From Vezdaea acicularis (Eukaryota), in NCBI GenBank assembly GCA_026025075.1, contig JAPEUI010000117.1:1-49429 (forward strand): 49,429 nucleotides of DNA. Direction: 5' to 3'. This document shows positions 34,596 to 45,399 of the stretch, piece by piece (position 1 is the stretch's first letter; each line of letters opens with the position of its first letter). A program made the translations under genes and the position numbers. A model generated the notes under the pieces. That model saw only the letters and a list, made by a program, of their open reading frames with translations. It was not told the DNA's origin and did not search any database.

Positions 34596-36485
34596 TTACC
34601 CACGACCACGCCAGCCGCCATACTGATTGCCTCCCCTGCCACGCCATCCACGCTGAGAGCGATCAAGTTCGATGCCGCGGTCAACTATGGCGTCTCCATC
34701 TTCGAAAGTGTAGCGCCTGAGCTCATTCCCATTTCCCCTGCCCCGCCAGGCTCGAGAGCCGCTGCGGAAACTGTCCAGTCGCCTGTTTGCAAGGTTGCGG
34801 TTGACTGGCTGGTAGTAGAGTTTTGGCTTGGCACTTGTTGACTTGAAGAGAGAATCTAAAGCTCCAAAACCTGCAACGCGACTTGTGGGCGCAGGCTTAT
34901 TGTGAGGCCCAGAGGGGCCGGCAACGGAGTCAGCCCCTTTCAAGCTGGTATCCGTCTGGACTCCGCGAGGACTGACGAAAGGCTCCTTCATAGAAGTACC
35001 AGCACCGGAACCGGCACCAGTTCCCCGTCCTTGCCTTCCTCCAGCTCCTACTTCCTGCAGCATAGCCTGAACACTGCTAGAAGTACCACCGGGCGAAGCC
35101 GATTCATCGTAAACGACTTCCCACCGCTTCCCGGTTGACATTCTTCCGCCATCGGATGCAGCCTTCTCGAGCTCAATCCACTCTGCAACCTTTTCCGTCG
35201 GGACGAAATCCGCCCATAAAGGTTTCCTTGTCCGTTCGTTAGGCCACACTCGATTATGAATTGCAGAGCGCACGCGTGCTGCAGCGGAAACAGAACTGAA
35301 TGATGCGAGACAGTGCGTGCGGACGGGATCAATATAAAAATCTGCGATGAGAGTCTCAGGGTCTGGAGATGAGCTTGGCGGAGCTGCAAGGGCTGTGAGG
35401 TGTTTCTTAAGGACTGGGGGTTGGAGTGGCCGCATGAAGTTACGGATGTATAACGCAGACGTGGCAGGGTGAAGCGCTGGCTCTATTTCATGGTCTTCCT
35501 CGACGTTCTCTATGTTTCCTTCAGTTGAGTCGCCCTGGCGTACGCTTAACGGTTTCTGTGCGGTTTCCGAGAACAGATCTTTGAAACGGGTATCTTTAAC
35601 GGGCGTTAACAGGGTAGTCGCTGTAGAAGCCCCGCCCGTTCTTGTAGTAATGGTAATAGCTTCATCTTCCAAGCTCGTCTGGGTCTGTAAGCCTGAAGGC
35701 TGTTGAATATGTCCATCGTTGTCTGCGTCCAATGCAACGCCAAGACCCGTATCTTGTTTTGCTCGCTTGACAGTGATATCTGCAGCCAAAGGGGGTGGGC
35801 TCTGGCTTCGACGTTTGCGCTTCTTTGAGTCATCAATAGGGGAGATGTTAGAAATCTCGGACAGGTCGTTGATAGGAGTCTGAGCAACATCTGACATGTT
35901 GGAGTTCGCCGTTGCAATCTCATTCTCTCGTAGTTCAGGCGAGGTCTGGAAATCTTGGTTTTGTTTGTATGGGTCTTCAGGATGTTCGTCATCGGTCGTA
36001 ATCATAGTATCATGAACCGGTCCGGGGGAGGGTTGACCTTCATTTCCGTAAGATGACGTTAAGATCTGAGGTACGGCATCGGGCCCTTGTAGCTCTAGAA
36101 ACCCCTCCCGAGCAATTTCTGCTTGTTGCGCCGCCGCTTTGGGTCGACCGAGGCTATGATCGTCATCTGGCCGAGCGGAAGTCTGGGGCTCAAATTCGGG
36201 CCCTGGTATTTGTTTGTGAGTCTCTAAAGGCGCATCTTGTGTTCGCGGAAGAGAATCTTCTGGTGACGGGGCTTCCACATCTTGAGGTTGAGGCGCAGCT
36301 TGCACGCTCGGATCTGGATGAGTGGAGCGAGCCGCATTGTCCACGGGAACCTGAGAATCACTATCTGCTTCATCGGCTTTCTGAAGACGCTCAATCAAGG
36401 CCGGCTTGAGACCCGTCTGAAGTAGACCTCTTTTCTTCAATTCCGCCTTAAGTTCAACAACCTTCAGCTTAGCCCACTCAGCCAT
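34596..36485 (-). CDS. Acinus-like protein (SAP domain, RRM, RSB motif)
   Basis: SAP: WAKLKVVELKAELKKRGLLQTGLKPALIERL. RRM: TSALYIRNFMRPL..RTHC..VWPNE. RSB-like LDSLFKSTSAKPKLYYQPV. RG-rich tail. 629 aa, intronless. Confidence 0.85.
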   Translation of the reverse strand: MAEWAKLKVVELKAELKKRGLLQTGLKPALIERLQKADEADSDSQVPVDNAARSTHPDPSVQAAPQPQDVEAPSPEDSLPRTQDAPLETHKQIPGPEFEPQTSARPDDDHSLGRPKAAAQQAEIAREGFLELQGPDAVPQILTSSYGNEGQPSPGPVHDTMITTDDEHPEDPYKQNQDFQTSPELRENEIATANSNMSDVAQTPINDLSEISNISPIDDSKKRKRRSQSPPPLAADITVKRAKQDTGLGVALDADNDGHIQQPSGLQTQTSLEDEAITITTRTGGASTATTLLTPVKDTRFKDLFSETAQKPLSVRQGDSTEGNIENVEEDHEIEPALHPATSALYIRNFMRPLQPPVLKKHLTALAAPPSSSPDPETLIADFYIDPVRTHCLASFSSVSAAARVRSAIHNRVWPNERTRKPLWADFVPTEKVAEWIELEKAASDGGRMSTGKRWEVVYDESASPGGTSSSVQAMLQEVGAGGRQGRGTGAGSGAGTSMKEPFVSPRGVQTDTSLKGADSVAGPSGPHNKPAPTSRVAGFGALDSLFKSTSAKPKLYYQPVNRNLANRRLDSFRSGSRAWRGRGNGNELRRYTFEDGDAIVDRGIELDRSQRGWRGRGGNQYGGWRGRG

Positions 36486-36777
36486 GTTGGAAAGATCGAT
36501 GCGGGAGGTTTGCTTAGACGGCTTCGAGTTTCTGTTTCAGGTGTTGATTGTGGGTGTCGACATGTCGTGATTTCAAGAACATCGGCCCTCAGTATATAGT
36601 AAAGGTGTCGCAAGCTCCTTTGTTTGATTTTGAAGGTTGTAGGTTTTCGCGTGTCGCATTTCGTCAACCCGCATCCCTGAGATGATCCCTGCAAGTAAAA
36701 CACGTAAAAGCGGCGATGAGCTTTCTTACATGTTGCCAGCCATGCATGGAGTTCTTTTGTAGGAGGCCGCGATAAAC

Positions 36778-38371
36778 ATGTCAGCTGCTGCAAATGGTTC
36801 CACCTGCTATAGTGAGTCTCAAACCCTCACCATTCTGGGCTACAAGTAATCGGTCTACGGCAGAGAGGGTCTCGTCACAGCCTGAAAATCCGTATTCTTT
36901 ATTAATTGCCGACCAATCAATTGCTGTCATACCAGAATTTACATTAGAATCTGGTACCACCATACGAAATGTCCCTGTCGCGTACACCACACGAGGAAAT
37001 TTGTCACCAAATGGGGATAACGCCATGGTTATCTGCCATGCTCTAACTGGAAGCGCAGATGTTGAAGATTGGTGGGGGCCGCTGATTGGCGGACCTGGTA
37101 GAGCCTTTGATATTGCAAGATTTTACGTTGTCTGTATGAATTCCCTGGGCAGCCCATATGGGAGTGTTAGTCCAGTCACAAACAAAGATGGGGATCAAAG
37201 TCAGGGCAGATATGGTCCAGAATTCCCGTTGACCACCATCCGGGACGATGTCAATCTCCATAGGTTGCTTCTGAACGATTTAGGAGTGAAGCAGGTCGCC
37301 GCGGTCATTGGGGGCTCCATGGGAGGTATGCTTGTGCTTGAGTGGGCATACTTTGGCAAAAATTATGTAAGATCCATTGTGCCTATTGCCACTTCTAGTA
37401 GGCATAGTGCCTGGGGCATCAGCTGGGGAGAAGCTCAAAGACAAAGCATATATTCAGACCCTAAGTACGAGGACGGCTATTATTCATTGGAGGATCCACC
37501 AGCAACTGGGCTTGGTGCCGCGCGCATGTCAGCACTCCTAACGTATCGTAGCCGGAACTCCTTTGAATCCAGATTTGGGAGGAACACACCAGACCTATCG
37601 AGGCGGCAGGTAATAACTGATGGCAACAGGCCAAGTGTCCCATCGAGCGAGCACTGGATTATGCATAACGATGGACATAAGCATGCAAAGGGTTCAAGAA
37701 CCACATCGACTGGGGAAATAACGCCAACTACGCCAACAACCCCTCATCCACAGCAATCCAAGGTAGTCCCAGAAAACAGCCAAACTTTAATGACTGACCC
37801 TCAATTCAGTGGTACAAGATTAACAACCGCCCCGACGCCTCCAACTTCTTCTCATGGACGGAAAAGTGCGGCTACATATTTCTCCGCTCAATCATACCTG
37901 CGATATCAGGGCGCGAAATTCGTCAAAAGGTTTGACAGCAACTGCTATATTGCCCTTACTAGGAAGATGGATACACATGACGTCTCAGCACATTGTCTTA
38001 ACCCAAAGTCTTCCACACCTGTCCGAGACGCGCTTGCGCAGCTTGAACAGCCGGCGTTGGTCATCGGTATCGAAAGCGATGGATTATTCACTTTCGCAGA
38101 ACAGGAAGAGCTTGCAGCTTCAATACCAAACGCAAGGCTTAGGAATATTGATAGCCCTGAAGGGCATGACGCATTCTTGCTCCAATTCGAACAGGTCAAT
38201 GCACATATTCTTGACTTTCTCTACGACACTCTCCCAGATATCATGAATGCCCCTGAGGTCAATAATCGCATTATAGAAGATCGCGGGTCTGGTGAAGTCA
38301 CGAAGACCAGTACATTCGGTGAAGCAGAACCGGAGGATATCGCTGCTTGGGAGGATATTACCGCATGGTGA
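36778..38371 (+). CDS. MET2: Homoserine O-acetyltransferase
   Basis: CHALTGS, GGSMGG nucleophile elbow, SDGLF, GHDAFLL. Preferred model: ATG 36778 (aaacATG), intron 36812-36863 (GTGAGT..CAG), about 513 aa. An unspliced ORF from ATG 36794 is also open. Confidence 0.95.
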
Positions 38372-39652
38372 TCGCCTCAACTGCTTGCCGATCAAAACAT
38401 TTGCCTAAGAAACTGTGCGGGCTTACTGCAGTTTTATGCGATGAGCTGCACATGTCCGGGGTTGACCAGGTTTGAAAATCTACTACCGTACGGGAAAAAT
38501 AGGGTCATTTAAAGACCTAGCTTTCCAGAAAGCATTTACAGAATTCAAACCACCATCGAGATTGAATGTGTTGGATTTTGTGCTAGCCTATCCTAAAAAG
38601 CCAACGGTATGGATTGCTGAGATTCAAATCGTTTGGCTTTATTGAAATTGATTAGCTTCATCAAAAATCCAAAGCGTCACACCGAAACCATTCTTTTCAT
38701 ATGGTCCGTCTAGTCTATCATTCGTTCTCTCTTGGTCTGGGCTGACGGACTAAAGTCTAGGTTGTCTAATCCACATCTGTTAACTGGAAACATTGAGTCT
38801 GATTTATATCCTTGGAGCGCATAATTTTGCAAGTTGGAGCAGATGCACTCCATATCGTAATGGGGTACGCACTGAGCGTGAAGAGTATTCGTATTAGCAG
38901 CAAGCTAGAACATGCTGCACGCAAAAATGTCGTTCACGTAGCTGCCAGGTTGCTAGGAACTCGATATATTCAGGTTTGTAGAATGAAACATGTTTCACTT
39001 GATAGCTGATGTGAGATGTGCTTTTATGGGCACGCAAAGGACTATTTTCGACGCGGAATCGTAGCAAGCATCATGTAGGGTAGAAGCAGTATGTGCCAAA
39101 AGATAGTAGAAATGTTGTAGTATGCTAAGGATATCTGTATAGCTTTGAATACTGGGGATCCGCACCCAGTCTTTCTCCATGATCTCATCTATAGGGCGTG
39201 ACTTGACACCGGTTTGGCGTAGGGTCAGCACAGCCCAATGTATGATTTGAGCGGATTTGTTGAACACACCTCTCCTTTCGCCTGTCCAGTATCATTTGGC
39301 CAGGCTCGGAATGAATTAAAGCCAGTTTCGATGATTTATTGTCTTCGTAGAGGTGGGAGAGACATCATTCCTGATGGCCGGCCTCAACCCGACGATACAA
39401 GGTTTAGACTTTTTTAATCTAGGTACACATGGCTCCTTCTGTAGCTTAGACAGTGTGAACCTTCAAAAAATGCCATAAGGAGCGACTAATCACAGCTGTA
39501 GACTTCCTCAAACAGGCTAGCCAGTATGCATATTTGTGGACATGCGCAGTCTTGAAGACCTCACGGGTACAGAAGCCGGAATAACCCGAAAACGAGCATA
39601 GCAGTAATTTCTTTTGTGGCCATTAGCCCTTGATCTTTTGCTCGTTGGATAC

Positions 39653-40534
39653 CTAAGTCCTCGACTCTGGCATACCCTGCCATTCAATCTCATTTTCAAC
39701 TTCTCTAGCCGTGAATGGTATGTCTCTTGTACGCCACCTCTTTTCCTCAACTGCAGCGTACGCCCCCATACTTCTCATTGCCACTACTAGAAAACCTAGC
39801 TCTTCCCGGTCAACATCAAAGATTTCCCACCATTCCCCCCTTGGCAGCTTCACATGCTTTTCCCTTGCTGCTAGATATATGGCAGCTACGGCTAGTGCCG
39901 AAGGTTGATGAGTGAGATACAGTAGTTGCGTGCTCAGGAGTGCAGTGTTAAGATGTGCAAAAGTCCGCGCTGCTAGATCTGTGCCGGAAGGCTCGTCGAG
40001 AACGTCAAGGGCTTGTAGATAATTGATGGCCACTGCATATGGCAGGGCTACCTGGGTATGAAATCCTAAGGCCCGAAGAAACTGCGTTTCCGCCCTGAAA
40101 AGGGCAGTACGTTGTTCCTTGTAAGCAGCATCGGTGAGGAAGTTCACATCACTCGATAATTCGCCAGCTTTAGCCTTTGGAGTCTGAAAAGGAGAAACTG
40201 CTGATAGAAGGTAATGGTACACATTCAGAATATCGCGAGGCGTCTGCGGAGTGGAAGAAAGCTTTGCCACTAAGTACAGGGAGGCAAGTGAAATATCCTT
40301 TATATTATGCTCTCGCATATTGCCCCCATCTGGTCCAACCCAGAACCTGAAGAACAGCACAATGGCTTGCGCAATTGTGTCTTGCTGAAGCCGGAGCAGA
40401 ATGCCTGCTGCCTGAGTTAGGCGCGCCCCTGCATAGCGGAGAGAGTCCTCTAGTTCTAACGGCACACCGTCGAGCTGGGAGCTAGAGGTTGTGAGCTGAT
40501 CGGGCGATGCTAATGAGTTATACATCAAAGGCAT
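39653..40534 (-). CDS. Cyclin L-like transcriptional cyclin
   Basis: EDSLRYAGARLTQAAGILLRLQQDTIAQAIVLFFRF, ASLYLVAKL, AETQFLRALGF, VKLPRGEWWEIFD. 293 aa, intronless. Confidence 0.82.
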   Translation of the reverse strand: MPLMYNSLASPDQLTTSSSQLDGVPLELEDSLRYAGARLTQAAGILLRLQQDTIAQAIVLFFRFWVGPDGGNMREHNIKDISLASLYLVAKLSSTPQTPRDILNVYHYLLSAVSPFQTPKAKAGELSSDVNFLTDAAYKEQRTALFRAETQFLRALGFHTQVALPYAVAINYLQALDVLDEPSGTDLAARTFAHLNTALLSTQLLYLTHQPSALAVAAIYLAAREKHVKLPRGEWWEIFDVDREELGFLVVAMRSMGAYAAVEEKRWRTRDIPFTAREVENEIEWQGMPESRT

Positions 40535-41308
40535 TTCTGATGCTTGCTCACTCCGAAATCTAAATTGCTGTGGAGTGACTTGTACACTGTAGTATGAATT
40601 TCCTAGATGATTCTAATTACAAGCAAATGCCGGGGTAGAATCTGGTATAAATGACTGATGGTGGTGTTTTTATGTACATTCGAACGGACCACCTACAAAA
40701 TCCTCATTGATTGGTGGTGCTTTTCTCGGTACGAATGACGGCGCGTGGTCGCTGTCGAAGCGACCCCTTTGGCAATGGACCTGCGGTGACTCGTACAGGT
40801 CTACTGACGGCCCCCATCGATGTTTTCCAACTTCAATCTGGCAAAGAGATAGGCACACCCAAAAAGCGGCCATTCCCTTATCTTCCAATTCATGAATGAC
40901 AGAAGAACGCCGAAAACGTCATGGCTGTTGCATTCTTTGATGCCCACCCGGTTTGTCGCCCACTTCAGCAACTGTCCTTTGTTTGCTGCAAAATCCCGTA
41001 ACTAGAACTACAGGCATTCCTTTACCGTGGCCACCTTCTCTTCTATGCTTTAGAATGCGTTACTTTGCTCCCGCGCATCCGACGGCTCTCAGCGTCGTTA
41101 TTTCACCTCGTTCTCCGCTATCATCTTCCATTTTCTTGCTACATCAAAGCCGAGGAGTGTCAAAGGCTTTATGTATATGGTTGCACTCCCTTCTTGTGGC
41201 CTTGGTGCCACAGCAGGATCTGTTCCATATCACCATGCCCTTCTACCTTCTGCGAGAGGCCAGTCCGACACCTTTACAGCCATCAATCAACCACAACCTG
41301 CTGCAAAA

Positions 41309-42166
41309 ATGACGTCTGTGAATGAAGAGAACGGCCCGAAACCGGTAATCACCATCTCCTCAGATGAGGAGTCGGGACCTGAACTCATACACGCCAAATC
41401 GCTTCAGTCGAGTAAACGCAAGTACGAAGTAAATGAAAATGATGGTCATGCCAGGTCCAGAGGTTCGATGGCGAGCCATTACATCACTGAAGGCAATCCT
41501 ATCTTAGCCTCACAGTATCAGGTGAACCGAGATGCATCGCTGCTTCCCTCACTCACAAACAATCAACAAACTGTGCAACGTGCCGCGCGGAACGCTAGGC
41601 TTTCTACTACTGAAACCGAAGGGCATTTTAACTCCTCCACCACTGTCGTTGTCTTATCCGAGGTCCCACTCCCTGGCCCGGACATATCTAAAGGTTTGAA
41701 CTTATGGGAAGTGCCGGCGTACGCCGAGCCCACACGCGCTCCAGAAGAGCTCTGGATCTCCTCCAAGCCAGCACCAAGCGCAGACATTGGCTTGGATACT
41801 CCTCAAGTTCCCTTGTCTCTTGTGAAAAAAAGGCCGTCAGCATTCACAAGGAGGAAGCGTTGGAGTAAGGCTATGTACACGGACCTTGCTCTACAACTTC
41901 AACAAGAGTTTCCTTTCAGAGCTTTTGCAAAGAAGCATGGCGTTTCAGCTAAGGAAGTTTTTGACGTCTTTGCAGCGGTTGTACACATTCCACTATTGGA
42001 GCAATCGTCATATACCGCAAACCTTCAATCTAGTGGCGAGGAAAGATTGAAAGTTTTTCGCATCAAAGAACGAGATATGAAGATAATACGTGATGCTAGG
42101 GCTGCTTTAGAGGCGCAGCCGCCGAAGCCGAGGAAAGGTCATGACTTGGAAAAAAGTCAGAGCTAG
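41309..42166 (+). CDS. Hypothetical protein, disordered N-terminus and a helical (HTH/Myb-like?) C-terminal segment
   Basis: The ORF is open from 41171. ATG 41309 (aaaaATG) has better context and follows a pyrimidine-rich leader. Basic NLS-like stretches are present. No family recognised. Confidence 0.65.
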   Translation: MTSVNEENGPKPVITISSDEESGPELIHAKSLQSSKRKYEVNENDGHARSRGSMASHYITEGNPILASQYQVNRDASLLPSLTNNQQTVQRAARNARLSTTETEGHFNSSTTVVVLSEVPLPGPDISKGLNLWEVPAYAEPTRAPEELWISSKPAPSADIGLDTPQVPLSLVKKRPSAFTRRKRWSKAMYTDLALQLQQEFPFRAFAKKHGVSAKEVFDVFAAVVHIPLLEQSSYTANLQSSGEERLKVFRIKERDMKIIRDARAALEAQPPKPRKGHDLEKSQS

Positions 42167-42864
42167 GAACGGATCCAAGTAATGCTATAATAACGAAGAA
42201 AAGGGGTTCTTGAACCGTGTAGGTATTTGTTTAGTCATACTTAAGCTTATGGCAAGTGTTATTGTTAGTCAAAGTACCTGACACGGCTCTGAAGGCTTCT
42301 CATTATGCAGGATATTGCTTAGGAAATGGTCGTTCAAATTGAAGTGAATTACCAGTAGAATGGGGCTGGCAAATCTTCCTCGCAACATGGTCAAATCGCG
42401 TAAAAGAAATTACGTGGTGCAAAGCATGCTCGTCTTCTGCAGTGACATATGTGAAGCAAAAGGTTGAGACTGGGATCGAGACCTGGTTTACAAGCTTGCA
42501 TTAAAGCGGAGGATCAAACGTAGCTAACTCTACTCCAAATACTCCAAAGGAAGTTAAAAAAATTATTAATCCCGAGCTTAGTATCAAATATGCGACGACG
42601 CCGATTCATATTGTATCGACGTTTCAAGTGAACACTGATAATGCGATCCTGACTATCGTGCCTAACTGAGACTACTCCGTACCCACAGCAAACAAATTTA
42701 AATGTTCCCACTTTCTCTGGTTGTTTTGATTATCGCTTGTTTCATTTTTGCCAATTTCCTGCCAGTCAAATTTCGCAAAATTGCGTGTTGTCATTAGCAG
42801 GCGGAGAAGCGTTAACGTTCACCGAAGGTGCCGGACCTCAACTCTCTGATATCTGTTGCTAGAG

Positions 42865-44142
42865 ATGGCAAATACGCTGGTTTCCAGCCACCCAGCTTCA
42901 GATGCTGGGCTCAGGATTCTTTTACATCCTTTGGTACTTCTTAGTGTTTCTGATCATATCACAAGACATGCTCTTCGCCGGCTGGATGCACCCGTTGTTG
43001 GCGGACTTTTAGGTCGGCAGAATGGCCGTGACATTAGTTTGGAGCTTGCCTTCGAGGCCAAACTCAACAATAGTGGGAGCGATGTCGTTCTGGATGAGAG
43101 TTGGTTTACAGAGAGAGTTATGCAACGTAGGTACACTGAGTACATTGATAAGCATACCCTGACCTTGGCAGATCAAGAAGTGCATAAAAATTCGTCACTC
43201 GATTTAATGGGCTGGTTTACGGTGACGCCTGCGTCGGGGCCTCAGCCGCGCCACCTCCCAATTAATCGCCAGGTGCTAGAGGCTGACCGTGAGGGGCCTG
43301 CAGTCCTCTTAGCGTTTCATCCGAGTGAGATCTCAACGGGCGCCAAACTTCCATTAACGATATATGAAAGCGTATATGAGGGGGGCGAAGAGGGGATGCA
43401 AATTGACGGTGAAGAAAATCGTCTCAAGCTACGGTTCAGAGAGCTGCCATACTCAATTGAGACTGGTGAAGCGGAAATGATTGGCGTTGACTTCGTTGCC
43501 CGAGGAGGTGGTAATGCTACCGCGACTAATTCAGCCTCAAAATCCGAGAAAGATGAAGGGCCGAACGCTCTCGAGAAAGGCAAGGCTAGAAACGTCACAC
43601 ATTTCGATACTCAAGCGCTGTCTAGTGTTGATGAAGAGTGTGAGTAGGCCCTTTTCCAACTTGTCACGGACTAACGACCCAAAGTAATTGCTTCTCTGAC
43701 CGCAAAGGCCAACGCTATTAAAATGCTCCACTCTAGGATACAACTACTGAGGGCCTACCTTGAGCATCTCCCGCCTTCTTACCTTACCGTATCGTCTGAC
43801 GGGGATCGAAAACCACAGGAGAATATTCAACCAACGGAAATCAATCATACCATCCTTCGATCTATTCAGGCATTAGTCAAACAACTGCCACTTCTCACCC
43901 CAAGCGACAGGGCAGCATTTGAGCAAGAGAGTCTTGCAGAGAAGAACGACGTATACTTAGTGTCTCTCCTAGGAGCTCTTGGTCGAAGCGTCGTAGATGC
44001 GAGAGAGATGGGACAAAAATTTGCCATTGTAGAATCACAAAAGCAAGCTAAGAGGGGACTGACTAGCGACGACATATTCTCCAATTTCAACGGTATCTTA
44101 GGAGAAACTGCAATGGGTAATCGGGGTCTATATCGAAGTTGA
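42865..44142 (+). CDS. CSN6: COP9 signalosome subunit 6 (MPN- domain)
   Basis: LHPLVLLSVSDHITR, GGLLGRQNGRDISLELAFE, ELPYSIETGEAEMIGVDFVARG, ANAIKMLHSRI. Introns 43127-43171 and 43640-43684, both 45 nt. About 395 aa. Confidence 0.92.
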
Positions 44143-44455
44143 AAGATTAAAGAAAGGAGTTAATTAGGGCGTTGATTGTGAGCATGGTCAGGGCTGGCCA
44201 GGACTGGCTTATCATCTGGATTCTCAAGGTGTGGTTGATGGACCATCTGTAAATGAATGCCCGTTCCCGATTTGTTCTCTCTCTATTGAGCCGGTCTGTT
44301 TGTAATATTAGTCCCATTCCTATGATTACCAAAATCGCTACAATCAAATGACCAGCTTTCCAGGGGATCTTACGCCGCAAGGATATAGAGGAAACTATTG
44401 CGTAGTGGCCTTACAAAGGAAAGAATCATGAGACAACCCTCTGGCAAGATCTTCC

Positions 44456-44898
44456 CTAGTCTTTATTTCCAGGCTCAGGCTCGGTCCCAACGTATTCGCC
44501 TTTCTCATCTCTCCCGTACTTTTCCAGATACTCGCCTCTTGTCATATGGACAATTTTGAATTGCTTGTCATCCTTTCCAGTCACCTTATCCTTCATTTTT
44601 CCGATCCAGCTTTTGCGACCTTTATGCTCCTGGTTCGATTCAATTGGTACTGGAACAGGGATCATGTCGCTATCTTTGAAGTGCATTGGTAAATGCTGTG
44701 GCGCTTGACCTGTAAAGTTCGTCGCAAAGTTTCCCCAGGCAGAAGATTTGTACTGTTGCATACTGCAATAAGGATAAGTTACGGTCAAGTCACTGTCAAA
44801 CGGGGTACGAACGGTCTTCCAATGCCCGTAGAGCGCTGCATATCATTCCCTCTCACGGTTGTCGCCTTAGAAGAAGCCATATCTTCACTTTCAACCAT
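44456..44898 (-). CDS. Small hypothetical fungal protein (~130 aa)
   Basis: ATG 44898 (or 44880). A 50-nt intron 44812-44763 (GTTCGT..CAG) keeps the frame. Compact C-terminal motif MTRGEYLEKYGRDEKGEYVGTEPE. Confidence 0.65.
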
Positions 44899-45399
44899 TT
44901 CTGCCAATATCCCTAATGAGAATAATTCGAGAACAGCTAATTAAAGGGTAACTGAAATTCACTATGAACCTTGGCCTTTTTTGGTTTTAGCACGAATGAG
45001 GTTGTCAATTTAGTTGATAAGTTTAGAACCAATGTCAGCTCAAGGGACTGAGGTGCTTATAGCTTGTCATCCTGTTTGAACATGCATGCCATAAAGCTTA
45101 TACATCAGCCGTATACTAGGGGCGTAGTTCGGTCCGCGATTATATGTGGGGTAATGTTGCGGCTGAGTCGCAGGGCGCAAAAAAAACCCCTCACATGACC
45201 CTCGCGACAAGTGACGTTACACGTCGTTGCGAACTTATCAGATGACCGTCCAAAAGCAGTATCGCAGCCCATTCTTTCAAACCTTTCATGAAGTCCTGAC
45301 ACGTGCCGCAGCTTTGGTTGCATGTCTGCGATCTGCCAGTGACTCTGGAGACTTCATGTAGGGTGAGGAAAGCGTAGTCTGTATAAGAGTATCGAGTCG

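Noticed and set aside
36675..36695. CTGAGA motif upstream of MET2 reminiscent of a TPP riboswitch
   Set aside because: The downstream conserved core (CTTGAT..GG.TAAT.CC.GCG.AGG) is missing.
42460..42495. tRNA T-arm-like TCGATCCC on the minus strand
   Set aside because: No GTTCRA loop, no A-box and no matching acceptor stem.
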